Below the pieces are notes generated by a model. The model did no database searches, was not told the DNA's origin, and saw nothing but the letters and a program-made list of their open reading frames with translations. Below are positions 42,034-52,532 of a stretch of 64,000 nucleotides of DNA, in pieces (position 1 is the first letter of the stretch; every line of letters starts with the position of its first letter). The translations under genes were made by a program, and so were the position numbers. This stretch comes from an uncultured delta proteobacterium (GTDB lineage Bacteria > Desulfobacterota > Desulfomonilia > Desulfomonilales > Desulfomonilaceae): the NCBI GenBank assembly GCA_963789265.1, contig CAWBKB010000006.1, positions 192,001 to 256,000 of the forward strand, read 5' to 3'.

Positions 42034-42801
42034 TTACTTCCAACCACTTCGAGCCCCACGACCCATTCCCAGAGGCCCGGCGGGCCAATTGAACCCGGTC
42101 ATCATCACATTGTCCACGTCTTCGGCCGTGGCTATGCCCTCCTTAACGATTTTCATCGCTTCCCGCCTCAGGGCTCTGTATATACGGTTACCAACAAAGC
42201 CGGTATCACCGGGAACGTCCTTGACCTTCACCGTCAATTTGCCCAACCTCCGACCAAACTCCATCATAATCTCAACCACCTCTGGAAGGGCTTCTGCGGT
42301 CCAGATTACCTCACACCCCTTCATAAGACTCGCCGGGCTGAAGAAGTGCATACCAACAAAGCGGTCCCTACGAGTGGTAGCCGCAGCCAGATCCACGATG
42401 GTAAAGAACGAGGTATTGCTCGCGAAAATTGCTTCTCTCTTCACGATATTGTCCATTTCCCCTATAACCTTGAGCTTCAGGCCCTTATCCTCCAGGGCGC
42501 CGGCCGCTCCGCCGATTGCCTCGATCAAAATGTCTACGTCTTGCATATCCTCGACTTTGCTGGTGGCGGTAAACAGTGTCATCGCCCCTTCAACCTGATC
42601 CTGAGTCAACTTGCCTCGCTTAACACCGCTTTCCAGGCCGAAGCGCCCATTTAGGATACCGTCCTTTGCTTTGGCGGCACGCTCATCCGTCAGATCACGG
42701 CAAATGACTTTATAACCGGCCAAAATTGCACACTGGCTAATCCCTTGTCCCATCACACCGCCACCGAGCACTCCGATCTTCCTGATGTCGTCAATGTTCA
42801 T
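42034..42801 (-). CDS. 3-hydroxyacyl-CoA dehydrogenase
   Basis: GGGVMGQG, ASNTS, GMHFFSP and GFVGNR motifs. Confidence 0.9.
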   Translation of the reverse strand: MNIDDIRKIGVLGGGVMGQGISQCAILAGYKVICRDLTDERAAKAKDGILNGRFGLESGVKRGKLTQDQVEGAMTLFTATSKVEDMQDVDILIEAIGGAAGALEDKGLKLKVIGEMDNIVKREAIFASNTSFFTIVDLAAATTRRDRFVGMHFFSPASLMKGCEVIWTAEALPEVVEIMMEFGRRLGKLTVKVKDVPGDTGFVGNRIYRALRREAMKIVKEGIATAEDVDNVMMTGFNWPAGPLGMGRGARSGWK

Positions 42802-42888
42802 TCTTGCTCTCCTTTTTCTCGTATCGTGTTCAACATCCTGATGGTTGTGGTTTTGCCTGAGCCGTTGGGTCCCTAGAAGGCAAACATC

Positions 42889-43665
42889 TCACCTTGCGCA
42901 ACTTCGATTGATCGTGTCGAGAAAGGTTTGGACGGCTTCCATGAATGCCTCCGGTTGATCTATATTAACCGCGTGGCCTGCGGCCGGGATGACCGCCTTG
43001 CACGCTCCGGGAATTTTTGACGCCATGTAATCGGCTGCGGCCAAAAAAGGCTTGTCATCGGCGCCGACAACAATCAATGAGGGAACTTTGATTTCGGGTA
43101 GAGATCTGATGACACGTGCGTCGCGCTGGGTCAGCATGCCTCGAGCCGCATGTACCAGTCCTTCGGCCGAGCGGTGTTTTGCCTTAGCCCGCTCTCGACT
43201 GGCGGACTTAAGAGCCGCAATGCCTTCCCTTTCAAAGAGAGCGGCAAGTTCGAGCGCACGTTTATTCCATGCCTTCCTTGCCTCATCCTTCTTGAACCCC
43301 GGCCCGGTGTCGATGATCAGAAGCGCACTGCCCCTGTTCGGATGCGCGAGATAGTAGGCGAGCGACATATACCCGCCAAGAGACAGTCCACCGACGATTG
43401 CATGATCGGCTCCAATATGATCGAGGATTGCGTCCATGTCCGCTACAGTCAATGCTTCGCTGTAAGCGGTTGGGTCTTCCGGGTAATCGGAATGGCCGTG
43501 ACCGCGCATATCCCAAATAACAACGGTATGGTTCTTTGACAATGCCTCAATCTGGCCCTGCCACATGTCGCAAGTGGCCGAAAACCCATGGGTGAGCAAA
43601 AGAACGGGGCCCTTGCCGTGCACCTCAAAATAGATATCAACTCCGTTTCGATTCAGTTTTGGCAT
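42889..43665 (-). CDS. Alpha/beta hydrolase
   Basis: THGF, DMRGHG, GLSLGG nucleophile elbow, AGH. Confidence 0.9.
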   Translation of the reverse strand: MPKLNRNGVDIYFEVHGKGPVLLLTHGFSATCDMWQGQIEALSKNHTVVIWDMRGHGHSDYPEDPTAYSEALTVADMDAILDHIGADHAIVGGLSLGGYMSLAYYLAHPNRGSALLIIDTGPGFKKDEARKAWNKRALELAALFEREGIAALKSASRERAKAKHRSAEGLVHAARGMLTQRDARVIRSLPEIKVPSLIVVGADDKPFLAAADYMASKIPGACKAVIPAAGHAVNIDQPEAFMEAVQTFLDTINRSCAR

Positions 43666-43904
43666 AGCGATTAGCCCCGTATGATGAAGATTACGTCATC
43701 TACAGTGGTTCCCGAAAAATTGTCGTCATACGCAATGCCGGCCAGGCAGCACCTGATTTAGATTGGTGGGACAGGCTTCTAGCCTGTCGTCATGCCCGCG
43801 TACGCGGGCATTCGGTAGGACCGGCCTCCGTGCCGGTCGTTCATTGGCCGCCGGGCGGGGACGCCGGCACCCAAATACACGACCGTATTTCTGCAACCCA
43901 GTAC

Positions 43905-45212
43905 TTAGCTCAAGGCCTCGAGGACGGTGCTGATACCTTGGCCGGCTCCAATACACTGGGTGGCAAGGCCGTATCGTTTGTTGCTGCGGCGCAGCTCCTT
44001 GGCCAAGGTCATGACCAAACGGGCTCCGGTTGCCCCCAGAGGATGGCCGATGCCCAGGGAGCCGCCGTTTACGTTGACCTTTTCTTCCGGGATACCGAGC
44101 TCCTTCAGTGATGGAATCACCTGGGCGGCAAAAGCCTCATTGAATTCCACCCGGTCGATCCGATCCGCTGTAATACCCGCGTGTTTCAAGGCTCGATGTG
44201 TGGCCGGAATCGGTCCTAAGCCCATGATCTGCCCTTTGACCCCTCCCACACCGATGCCTACAATTCGTGCCAGGGGCGAAAGGCCGAGTTTCACGGCCAA
44301 GTCTTCCGCCATGATCAGAAGAGCGGATGCTCCACTATTGGTGGGGCATGAGTTTCCCGCTGTAATATGAATCGGCTTATTACAATAGCTGACAATACCT
44401 TTGATCGGCGGCAGCCTGGCCAAGGTCTCCATGTTGGCATCGGGCCTGATACATTCATCGCGGTCAAAAACGACCATTTCACCCTTTTCCTCCGGAACCC
44501 ATTCCTTCTTCTCGTTGAAAACGGGCTTCTCGACCTCCATCGGGATCACTTCGTCCTTGTATATCCCCGCTGCATAGGCCGAGGCTAATTTTTGATGGCT
44601 TCGTACGGTAAAGGCGTCGAGTTCCTCTCGGGTAAGGTCGTACATATCCACAACGTTTTGGGCGGTTTGAGGCATCTGCATCAATGCAGGGGCATCAAGA
44701 ATCTTGTCCGGGATGGGCACGGAAAAGTATTTGTCGTGATCGTGAGCCATGTCTCGCTGGAGTTTCGATTTCTCGAAAATGCGTTTGTTCGGCCCGGTCA
44801 CGCGGGTTGGATTAGGCTCTTCGGGTCTCCCCGCGATTATGCTGCGTGTCATTCGTTCCACCCCCAAAGCGATGCCGCAATCCGTGGCACCAACCATGAT
44901 GGCCATAGCAATCCTCTGCATTGTCTCCATGGAAGAACCGCACTGCCGGTTGGAATGAAAATTAGTTGTTTCAGCCGGCAACCCGGCAAGACGGGAAATG
45001 CCTCCCAGTGTGGCCAGATCTCGGTTACCGCCGGAATTACCTATGCCGAAATCTTCAATCATAGTCGGTTTCACCTTGGGATTTCTTTCCATGAGAACAC
45101 GGACGACCTTGGCAGCCACTTCATCCAGGCGAGTGGCCTCGAACATGCCTCTGCCTCCCCAGGAAAATGGCGACCGGACACCATCGACGATAACCGCATG
45201 TCTAAGTTTCAC
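43905..45212 (-). CDS. Thiolase family protein
   Basis: NRQCGSS, NEAFAAQ, GHPLGATG and QCIGAGQG motifs. Confidence 0.92.
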   Translation of the reverse strand: MKLRHAVIVDGVRSPFSWGGRGMFEATRLDEVAAKVVRVLMERNPKVKPTMIEDFGIGNSGGNRDLATLGGISRLAGLPAETTNFHSNRQCGSSMETMQRIAMAIMVGATDCGIALGVERMTRSIIAGRPEEPNPTRVTGPNKRIFEKSKLQRDMAHDHDKYFSVPIPDKILDAPALMQMPQTAQNVVDMYDLTREELDAFTVRSHQKLASAYAAGIYKDEVIPMEVEKPVFNEKKEWVPEEKGEMVVFDRDECIRPDANMETLARLPPIKGIVSYCNKPIHITAGNSCPTNSGASALLIMAEDLAVKLGLSPLARIVGIGVGGVKGQIMGLGPIPATHRALKHAGITADRIDRVEFNEAFAAQVIPSLKELGIPEEKVNVNGGSLGIGHPLGATGARLVMTLAKELRRSNKRYGLATQCIGAGQGISTVLEALS

Positions 45213-45242
45213 GTAGCTTCACCTTTCTATTCGCGGATGCTC

Positions 45243-46409
45243 TTATCTCTGGTTAAAGCGTCTTCCCAGCATGGCCGAAGCGATGTTTATGCGTTGCATC
45301 TGCGCTGTTCCTCCGGCCAGAGGCCAGCCGCGGCTGTCCCGTAACATCCGCTCAATGGGATATTCCGTGGAATATCCATACCCTCCGAAAACCTGCATCG
45401 CCATGTCGGTGACCTCCTTGGCCATTTCATTGGCGAAGCATTTGGCCACGGATGATTCGAACACCGACGGCAATCCAATTCCGGCATTGCACGCGGCACG
45501 ATAGATCAGCAGTCTGGCGGCCTCGACCTTCATGGCCATGTCCGCCAACAGGAACTGAATGGCTTGAAATTCACAGATAGGTTTGCCAAAAGCTGTTCGC
45601 TCCTGTGAGTACTTCTTGGCTGCTTCCAATGCGCCCCAGGCGATACCGAGCGACTGCGTGGCATTCCCGCAGCGTTCCACGTCAAATGCCTGCATTAATC
45701 TTGCGAAACCGCCTTCAGGAATGACCAAATTCTCCTTGGGGACTCGGCAGTCATCAAAGATCAGGTCGCAACTGTGCGCTCCGCGAAGCCCCATGAATTG
45801 CTCCTGTTTTCCGAAGGTGAATCCCGGCATCCCTTTTTCGGCCACAATTCCGCCGATTCCCTTGTGCCCTTTCCGATCGCTAAATCGGGCATAAACCATG
45901 TACCAATCCGAGGCTCCTCCTCCGGAAATAAATCTTTTCCGGCCGTTGAGCACATAGTGATCTCCGTCAAGGACTGCACGCGTCGTCAAGTCAGTCAGCG
46001 CGGATCCCACGCCGGGCTCTGTCATGGCTACAGACATAAACTTCTCACCGCGGGCACACGGAGGGATGAATCGTTGCTTCTGTTCTTCCGTGGCGAATTT
46101 TTCCACCACACGGATCGGTCCAAGACTGCTCTCAAATACCGGGCCGGATGCCCTCGACGTGACGCGCGCCAGCTCTTCCATTGCCAGAACTGCATAAATC
46201 GCGGGTAGTCCATGACCGCCGTACTGCTCCGGGAGCGTAATACCCAGCAATCCCAGCTCTCTGTATTCATCAAGAAGGTTCCCTCGTTGCGGCGAAAAAG
46301 GGTCTTCTCTCATTTCCCAAACCTCCACCAGTGGAGCAATTCGAGCATCTGCAAAATCGTGCACCGTCTGCTTGAACATTTTTTGTTCGTCCGTCAGTTG
46401 AAAATCCAT
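45243..46409 (-). CDS. Acyl-CoA dehydrogenase
   Basis: MTEPGVGS, LNGRKRFIS and FGGYGYS motifs. The C-terminal EG is replaced by GG (LAGGTAQ); FDVERCG could supply an isovaleryl/LCAD-type catalytic Glu. Confidence 0.92.
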   Translation of the reverse strand: MDFQLTDEQKMFKQTVHDFADARIAPLVEVWEMREDPFSPQRGNLLDEYRELGLLGITLPEQYGGHGLPAIYAVLAMEELARVTSRASGPVFESSLGPIRVVEKFATEEQKQRFIPPCARGEKFMSVAMTEPGVGSALTDLTTRAVLDGDHYVLNGRKRFISGGGASDWYMVYARFSDRKGHKGIGGIVAEKGMPGFTFGKQEQFMGLRGAHSCDLIFDDCRVPKENLVIPEGGFARLMQAFDVERCGNATQSLGIAWGALEAAKKYSQERTAFGKPICEFQAIQFLLADMAMKVEAARLLIYRAACNAGIGLPSVFESSVAKCFANEMAKEVTDMAMQVFGGYGYSTEYPIERMLRDSRGWPLAGGTAQMQRINIASAMLGRRFNQR

Positions 46410-46436
46410 TTTCTCGCTCCTTTTTGGGTAATGATT

Positions 46437-48098
46437 TCAGATACTATTGGAAAATTGTTCGATGAGTTCGTTCTTCATCACCTTTCCGCCCGGATTGGTA
46501 GGCAATTCCGACAAAAAAAAGACCGTTTGAGGAATTTTATAAGAGGCCAATTGATCTATACAGTATTCCCGTATTTCTTCCAGCGTAATTTTCCTATTGC
46601 CCGGTTTGGGAACGACCGCACACGCGACAATGCTTCCCATGACCGGATCGGGCAATCCAAATACCGCAACATCCAAAATCTTAGGATGTAGGTGCAGAAC
46701 GTTTTCGACCTCGACCGGGTAGACGTTTTCCCCTCCACGGTTAATCATCTCCCGGTTGCGGCCTACCAGGTAGATGAATCCGTCTTGGTCCCGAAAGGCC
46801 ATGTCACCGGTATAAAACCATCCCTGCCGATAAACTTTCGCGGTTTCTTCGGGCGCTTTGTAATAGCCTTTGGTAACCAGGGCTCCTCGGACCGCTAATT
46901 CGCCCACCATGTTCGGGCCCAATTCCCGGCCGCTGAAAGGATCGACGATTCTAACTTCGCTGCACGAAGTCGGTTTGCCCACAGATTTAGGATGATATTC
47001 CACATACATATCCGGAAGCGCGCTAATGGATGGCGCTTCGGTCATTCCATATCCGTTCCTAAGACGTGCAGACGGGAAGATCTGCCTGAGATCTTTTATT
47101 AGGTCCGGGGCCATAGGGGCCGCACCGAAGCCGAGCCTTCTGACGCTGTCTACTTTGGACCCGCGAATGGCTGTCTTATTGAGAAGCAACCAATACATCG
47201 TGGGAGTTCCGGTCAATCCATAGATTTCTCCACGGTTAATCATCTCCATAATTTCTTGAGGATTGAATACAGGGAGCAGAATACTGCCTCGGCCGAGAAA
47301 TACTCCTGCCACCAGTTGCTCTATGGCCATGATATGGAAAAGAGGAGCGACAATTAGCAGATATTCATCTTTGGGCAACTCCGGGATATCTCTGCCTTCG
47401 GCGGCCGCCTGGGCCAGACCTTGAGAAATAATGGCCCCGGACCTGAAGGCGCAGGTGATGATGTTGCGATGAGTGAGCATTACTCCTTTCGGAGTTCCGG
47501 AGGTCCCGGAGGTGAAAAGAATGAAAGCAGTATCATCTTCGGAAATGTCGGCAAGCGAACATGCTTTGTCTCCTTTGGGGAGATTCATCCTCCAGTTATC
47601 CTCGAGCACAAACTGCTCGAAGTTAAGGTCCTCTGGGGGGATCTCTCGCACTTTTGACGACATTATCGGGGAAGACAGCAATATCTTCAGATCGGAAAAC
47701 TGAAGCTGTCTTTTCATCTCAGGTGATGCCAAGCGACTATTGAAAATCACCGCTATAGCGCCCAGATTCTGTATGGCCCAGAAGGAGATGACAAAACGGA
47801 TGGAATTCTCCATCAGTATTCCTACATGGTCACCTCTACCGACAAGTGCGCGTTCTTTGAGGTGCGCAGCCAGGCCCACGGCCGTTTCCTCGGCTTGTCC
47901 GAAGGTGAGCCGATCCGTGCCTTCGATCAGATAAATCTCGTCTCTATACGCATCGACGGCTTTAAGAAACATTTCCCACAGATTTCGGAAGCGGTTCTTG
48001 AAAGTTTCTATGGGATAACCTTCGACCTCGACGGTTTCAGTTGAAAAATCATCGATCAACATGCTGCTAACCCTTTCCCAGGCTTTCTCTCTATCCAT
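46437..48098 (-). CDS. Acyl-CoA synthetase (AMP-forming)
   Basis: FTSGTSGTPKG, GYGMTE, YTGD and RGGENVYP motifs. Confidence 0.92.
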   Translation of the reverse strand: MDREKAWERVSSMLIDDFSTETVEVEGYPIETFKNRFRNLWEMFLKAVDAYRDEIYLIEGTDRLTFGQAEETAVGLAAHLKERALVGRGDHVGILMENSIRFVISFWAIQNLGAIAVIFNSRLASPEMKRQLQFSDLKILLSSPIMSSKVREIPPEDLNFEQFVLEDNWRMNLPKGDKACSLADISEDDTAFILFTSGTSGTPKGVMLTHRNIITCAFRSGAIISQGLAQAAAEGRDIPELPKDEYLLIVAPLFHIMAIEQLVAGVFLGRGSILLPVFNPQEIMEMINRGEIYGLTGTPTMYWLLLNKTAIRGSKVDSVRRLGFGAAPMAPDLIKDLRQIFPSARLRNGYGMTEAPSISALPDMYVEYHPKSVGKPTSCSEVRIVDPFSGRELGPNMVGELAVRGALVTKGYYKAPEETAKVYRQGWFYTGDMAFRDQDGFIYLVGRNREMINRGGENVYPVEVENVLHLHPKILDVAVFGLPDPVMGSIVACAVVPKPGNRKITLEEIREYCIDQLASYKIPQTVFFLSELPTNPGGKVMKNELIEQFSNSI

Positions 48099-48235
48099 TG
48101 AAGAACAGTATTGATTGAAGGTTCGCCGTCCGTTAGCTCCTTTTAGGGTATTCCGGCTCTTGCACCGACGGAAGTAAGTTCGGGTTGCACTTCCGGCGAT
48201 CCGGGGACCTCACACCGGAAATATCTTCCAATTTA

Positions 48236-48260
48236 TATATGTCCAAAGTATATATGTCAA
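48236..48260 (-). promoter_or_regulatory. Putative PadR operator abutting TTGACA, upstream of the ligase-ACAD-thiolase operon
   Basis: TATATGT-ccaaa-GTATATA followed by TGTCAA. Confidence 0.72.
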
Positions 48261-48525
48261 GACAAAATTATCCGGGAAGACTGCTCCCTTCACCCTGCAA
48301 TGGAGCCAAAAACACAAAACTGGAATTCGTGGCTGATAAAAGAGGTCAGGGAGGCAGGCCCCAAAACGACGAAGCATCGACTGAAATCTCAGCCGGTTTT
48401 CGCCCGAGACGTTGCTCCCGCTTGCCGGTTAGGTAGGGGCGGGTTTGAAACCCGCCCCTATCAGCTTTCTCCCCTCTTATCGAGGGGAGAAGAGCGATTT
48501 TCCGTGCTGGTGAAATCAGAGTACC

Positions 48526-48969
48526 GGGGTCAAGTCTTGGATTTTGCAGCAGAAGACCGCAGCATATATGGACTCCATTACTCCACCGTGAGGAGGACGG
48601 TGCTCACGACGGGATGTAAGTCAAGAGACAAGAACTGACGCCTAAATAGTTGAAAATCCCTATTTTGCCCCGAAGAGATAATCCTCAGATTACGCAGATG
48701 TCACAGATTTTTTGGGCATCTGCGCCATCTGTGGATTATTTATTTCTTCGCGCTCTCCAATGCCTCCAACCGTGCGCCCAGGTTCTCCAATTGTTGCTGC
48801 TGCTCGGCATTTTTCCGCTCAGCCTTCATCAGCGTCGCATGCGGGCGGAGCATGTTGGGGTCAGGCTCGTTTTTGCTGCAGAAGATCGCAGCATATATGG
48901 ACTCCATTACTGCACCATGAGCAGGATCGTGCGGGGCGAAAGGAAAAAGCCAAGAAACAAGACCTGACC
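48526..48969. repeat. Two direct copies of a ~115-bp element with inverted ends
   Basis: 48526-48642 and 48857-48969 share gcagaagaYcgcagcatatatggactccattact; ends ggggtcaRg ... caagaMctgac. Confidence 0.75.
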
Positions 48970-48982
48970 GCTCACCTGGAAC

Positions 48983-50401
48983 CTACTGTGACGGCCATGA
49001 GGCTTCGGCGCCGATCTTGTCTCTCATCTTTCCTCTCGCCAGAGAAGCGAAAATGCCGAGAATGCACAGCACTGCGCATACGGTGAAGACGGAATCGACA
49101 CTCTTCAAGAACGCGGGGTACACTTCAGGGGTTATCGGTCTCCGGCCCATGGTGAGCGAAAACGCGAGGGTGGCAATACCCATGCTGAACATTTGTCCCA
49201 GCATACGCATGGAGCCCACCACGCCTGATGCCAGACCGTAAAATTTTCTGTCTACGGAACTCATAATCGCGTTCATATTGGGTGAAGAAAAGAGGCCAAA
49301 CCCGAATCCGATTATGACTAGATTCGATACGATGTACATCAGGCTGGTCTTGAAGCCTAAGAATATCAACCCCAATAGGCCCACCGCGGTAAGGGCCATT
49401 CCGGCTGACGCAATCTTTTGAGGCTCTATTCTGTCTGAAAGCTTGCCCGCGATTGGTGAAAATACGGCCATCGTTATGGGTTGAACAATCAGCACCAGTC
49501 CGGCCGTGCTTGGGTCAAAATTTTTAATGTACTGCAAATATAGGCTCAGAACGAACGTAATGGCGAACGTGGCACTATAGTTTATCAACGCGGCAAGGCT
49601 CGAGAACGCAAAGGCTCTGTTCGTCGTAAACAGCCTGATGTCGAGAACAGGTGAGTCGGTCCTGAGTTCCCACCAGGCGAATAGAGCCAAGAAAGCGATC
49701 CCCAAACACAACAGAACCACGATCATGACCGAAGGCGGGCCTGAAAGCCCGAGCATGATTAGCGTGATGGCGACCCCGTAACAAAGAGAACCCGGCAGGT
49801 CCAATTTTTCACCCTTGGCATCGGCCCATTCCGATTTCAATTTGGTTACGGCCAGATAGGTTGTTACCACACCTAGCGGAACCATGAGCCCAAATACGCT
49901 TCGCCACCCGTAAGCCTGAGTCAGGACTCCCCCGAAAAAGGGACCTACAGATAAGCCGATGTAAACTGCCGCCACTATGATCCCAATGGCTTTACCTCTT
50001 TCGGATGCCGGAAACACAGATGCCGCAATGGCAATGCCCGTGGCGAAAATCATAGCGCTGCCCAGCCCCTGGATTACTCTGAACAGGATTAACATAGGCG
50101 CGTTCAGGGCCAATGCAGACAAAAGCGATGAAAACGTGAACACCGAGATGCCTATGACGTAGACTTTTTTTCGTCCAAAGATGTCGCTTGCTTTCCCGAA
50201 CGGCACCAGGAAAATCGCCGTCGAGAGGAGATATGAGGTTGCAAGCCACGCAAGCAGGACGGCGTCGATGTGGAACTCCTTTTGAATGGCCGGAAAGGCC
50301 ACATTCACCGATGACGCCATCAGGGGAGTCAACAGAGAACTCGCAGTTGCTACAAAAAGAACGGCTCGTTTTGAAGATTGATCGGTCATGAAATTCTTCA
50401 C
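48983..50401 (-). CDS. MFS transporter, DHA2 (EmrB/QacA-like)
   Basis: GKASDIFGRKK motif A, FRVIQGLGSA and GKLSDRI motifs; strongly hydrophobic. Confidence 0.92.
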   Translation of the reverse strand: MKNFMTDQSSKRAVLFVATASSLLTPLMASSVNVAFPAIQKEFHIDAVLLAWLATSYLLSTAIFLVPFGKASDIFGRKKVYVIGISVFTFSSLLSALALNAPMLILFRVIQGLGSAMIFATGIAIAASVFPASERGKAIGIIVAAVYIGLSVGPFFGGVLTQAYGWRSVFGLMVPLGVVTTYLAVTKLKSEWADAKGEKLDLPGSLCYGVAITLIMLGLSGPPSVMIVVLLCLGIAFLALFAWWELRTDSPVLDIRLFTTNRAFAFSSLAALINYSATFAITFVLSLYLQYIKNFDPSTAGLVLIVQPITMAVFSPIAGKLSDRIEPQKIASAGMALTAVGLLGLIFLGFKTSLMYIVSNLVIIGFGFGLFSSPNMNAIMSSVDRKFYGLASGVVGSMRMLGQMFSMGIATLAFSLTMGRRPITPEVYPAFLKSVDSVFTVCAVLCILGIFASLARGKMRDKIGAEASWPSQ

Positions 50402-50694
50402 TTGTCCGGTTCACCGGAACCGGTAGCTTGGCAAACAGGTTTAGTGAGTTGAGAATCCTGGTATTACAAATTCAACCGAAGCACAGGTGCGAACCAAAAG
50501 GTCACAATTGCTTGGGCCCGGAGCCGGCCACAGTGAGGACAGGCAGATAATGCTCTCATCCGATGGTAGCCGGTTAGGATAGCGAGTCTTCTGATTGCCA
50601 CATGGAACGCAATTGTGGGCAAAGCCCGATGCATCTCTGCGCAGAATTACTTAAAATCAAAGGGGCAAGTCTGCTCTTGACCCCTTTATAATAG

Positions 50695-51200
50695 TCAACT
50701 CTCTGATCCCCTTCCAACCCGTGAATCCTTCCCTTCTCTACAGCGGAGCATACCTATTCCCTTCCAGGTCATCACCACTTCGCGATTCTGGTTCAATGCC
50801 TCGACGTATGAGCGAATTGTCCCTTGACCGGGTTTCGAGCGAGAAAGCCTGGACTCAAGAACCGTGACTCGGACCGAAAGTGTGTCACCGGGGCGGGGCG
50901 GAAAGGCTTGCGCCAACGCAATTCGTCTACACCTGGCGAGCCTAGACTGGCAACCCGTGAGACATAATGGTCGACCAGAAGCCGCATGCACAGGCTCGCG
51001 GTATGCCAACCGCTGGCGATTAATCCGCCAAAGGCCGACTGCTTCGCCTTCTCCGGATCCATGTGAAACCGTTGTGGATCGAAGCGCCGGGCAAATTCGA
51101 TAATTTCGTTTTTCTGAACCGTAACGGATCCGAACTCATGAACGGATCCAGGCAGATAATCCTCGAAATAACGATCTTGTAATGGAGTCTTGAATTTCAT
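50695..51200 (-). pseudogene. MaoC-family dehydratase, frameshifted by a 5-bp duplication
   Basis: [16 protein letters not shown] and [10 protein letters not shown] motifs. [10 protein letters not shown] continues in another frame after a duplicated CGCCC at ~50888-50901. Confidence 0.7.
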
Positions 51201-51555
51201 AGCAATACCGACACTCCCTTACCCTTTGATTTTGATCTCAAAGTTTGACAGCAGTAGTTCGGAGAAAGCCGGTCGAAGACCGGTGCACTTGACTTCAATT
51301 TGTCATATAACAATTTATGAGACAATAGTTGAATGGCCAAAATGTTAGTCAACAACTCTGCCAAAGAATGGTACGAAATTATTCACTTGGCAAAGTATGC
51401 GGCTGTCATTGCGAGGGCGCAAGCCCGTGGCAATCTACGAAGCAGCAGAAACAGATTGCTTCGTCATTTCATTCCTCGCAATGACCCTGCTCTTACGTTA
51501 ACTTATTTGGCAAGGCATAGTTCCGAAATGGTATTACGAGGGAGGTCATAGAAAA

Positions 51556-52191
51556 ATGAAATTAATAGTCTTTGGCGCCACCGGCAGACTCGGTAGCAGG
51601 ATCGTCAAGGAGGCTCTAGAGCGGGGGCATCAGGTCACAGCCGTCGTGCGTGATGCGACCCGCCTTCAAGACTCGCATGAGCGCCTGACAGCAGTGATCG
51701 GCGATGTCCGGGATGCTCCGAGCGTCGCCGCGGCTGTGAAGGGCCAGGATGCCGTGATCAGCGCAGTCGGGCCCACCGGCGACAGCGCGCCGGAGCTTGT
51801 TGTGGAAGCTGCTCGCGCGCTTATCGACGGACTGACTCAAGCAGGTGTCCGCCGACTGGTAGTAGGGGGAGGGGCCGGCAGCCTTGAGGTTTCGCCCGGG
51901 GTCCAACTCGTGGATACACCGGATTTTCCGAAAGAGTGGCTTGACATAGCTCTTGCTCATCGGGATGCGCTGGACGTGATACGAGCGGCTGACCTCGACT
52001 GGACTTACATAAGCCCCGCAGCTTTCCTTCAGCCGGGTGAACGAACCGGCAAGTATCGCATCGGTACCGACCAACTGCTCACCGATGAAAAGGGGGAGAG
52101 CCGCATCTCGATGGAAGACCTGGCAATCGCGTTTCTTGACGAGGTGGAAAAGCCGTGCTTTGTACGCCGCCGCATGACTGCTGCGTACTGA
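51556..52191 (+). CDS. NAD(P)-binding oxidoreductase (YwnB/biliverdin reductase B-like)
   Basis: FGATGRLG, GGAGSL, DWTYISP and SRISMEDLA motifs. Confidence 0.9.
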   Translation: MKLIVFGATGRLGSRIVKEALERGHQVTAVVRDATRLQDSHERLTAVIGDVRDAPSVAAAVKGQDAVISAVGPTGDSAPELVVEAARALIDGLTQAGVRRLVVGGGAGSLEVSPGVQLVDTPDFPKEWLDIALAHRDALDVIRAADLDWTYISPAAFLQPGERTGKYRIGTDQLLTDEKGESRISMEDLAIAFLDEVEKPCFVRRRMTAAY

Positions 52192-52259
52192 TACCGCCGC
52201 CCTTACAGAGAACTAGTTCTATACCGATTCGCCGACAGGCAAGTGGCACCATATTTCTG

Positions 52260-52383
52260 GTAGGGGCGGGTTTGAAACCCGCCCCTACATGTCGCCATGC
52301 TCGCAAACGCGGGGAACTGTAGGGGCGAATGGCATTCGCCCAGGGCGACCGCCGGTCGCCCCTACCATCCCTGGATCGGAGTC
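52260..52383. repeat. GTAG-type REP cluster between convergent genes
   Basis: gtaggggcgggtttgaaacccgcccctac plus a double hairpin gtaggggcgaatggcattcgccc...cgcccctac. Confidence 0.78.
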
Positions 52384-52532
52384 CGGGGTGACGACAGCCG
52401 ATAAGCTCTCAGACCCGCAACACATTATCCGACACAAGACACCGTATTTAGGAAATCGGGTACTTAGCGTTCCAAGAATTGATTGTGATGAGATTGGCGG
52501 GAGTGCTTGCCTGAACCTCAAGCTTCGGCAAT

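Noticed and set aside
48526..48969. CRISPR array
   Set aside because: Only two long imperfect repeats 330 bp apart and no cas genes; other palindromes in the window are dispersed REP-like elements.
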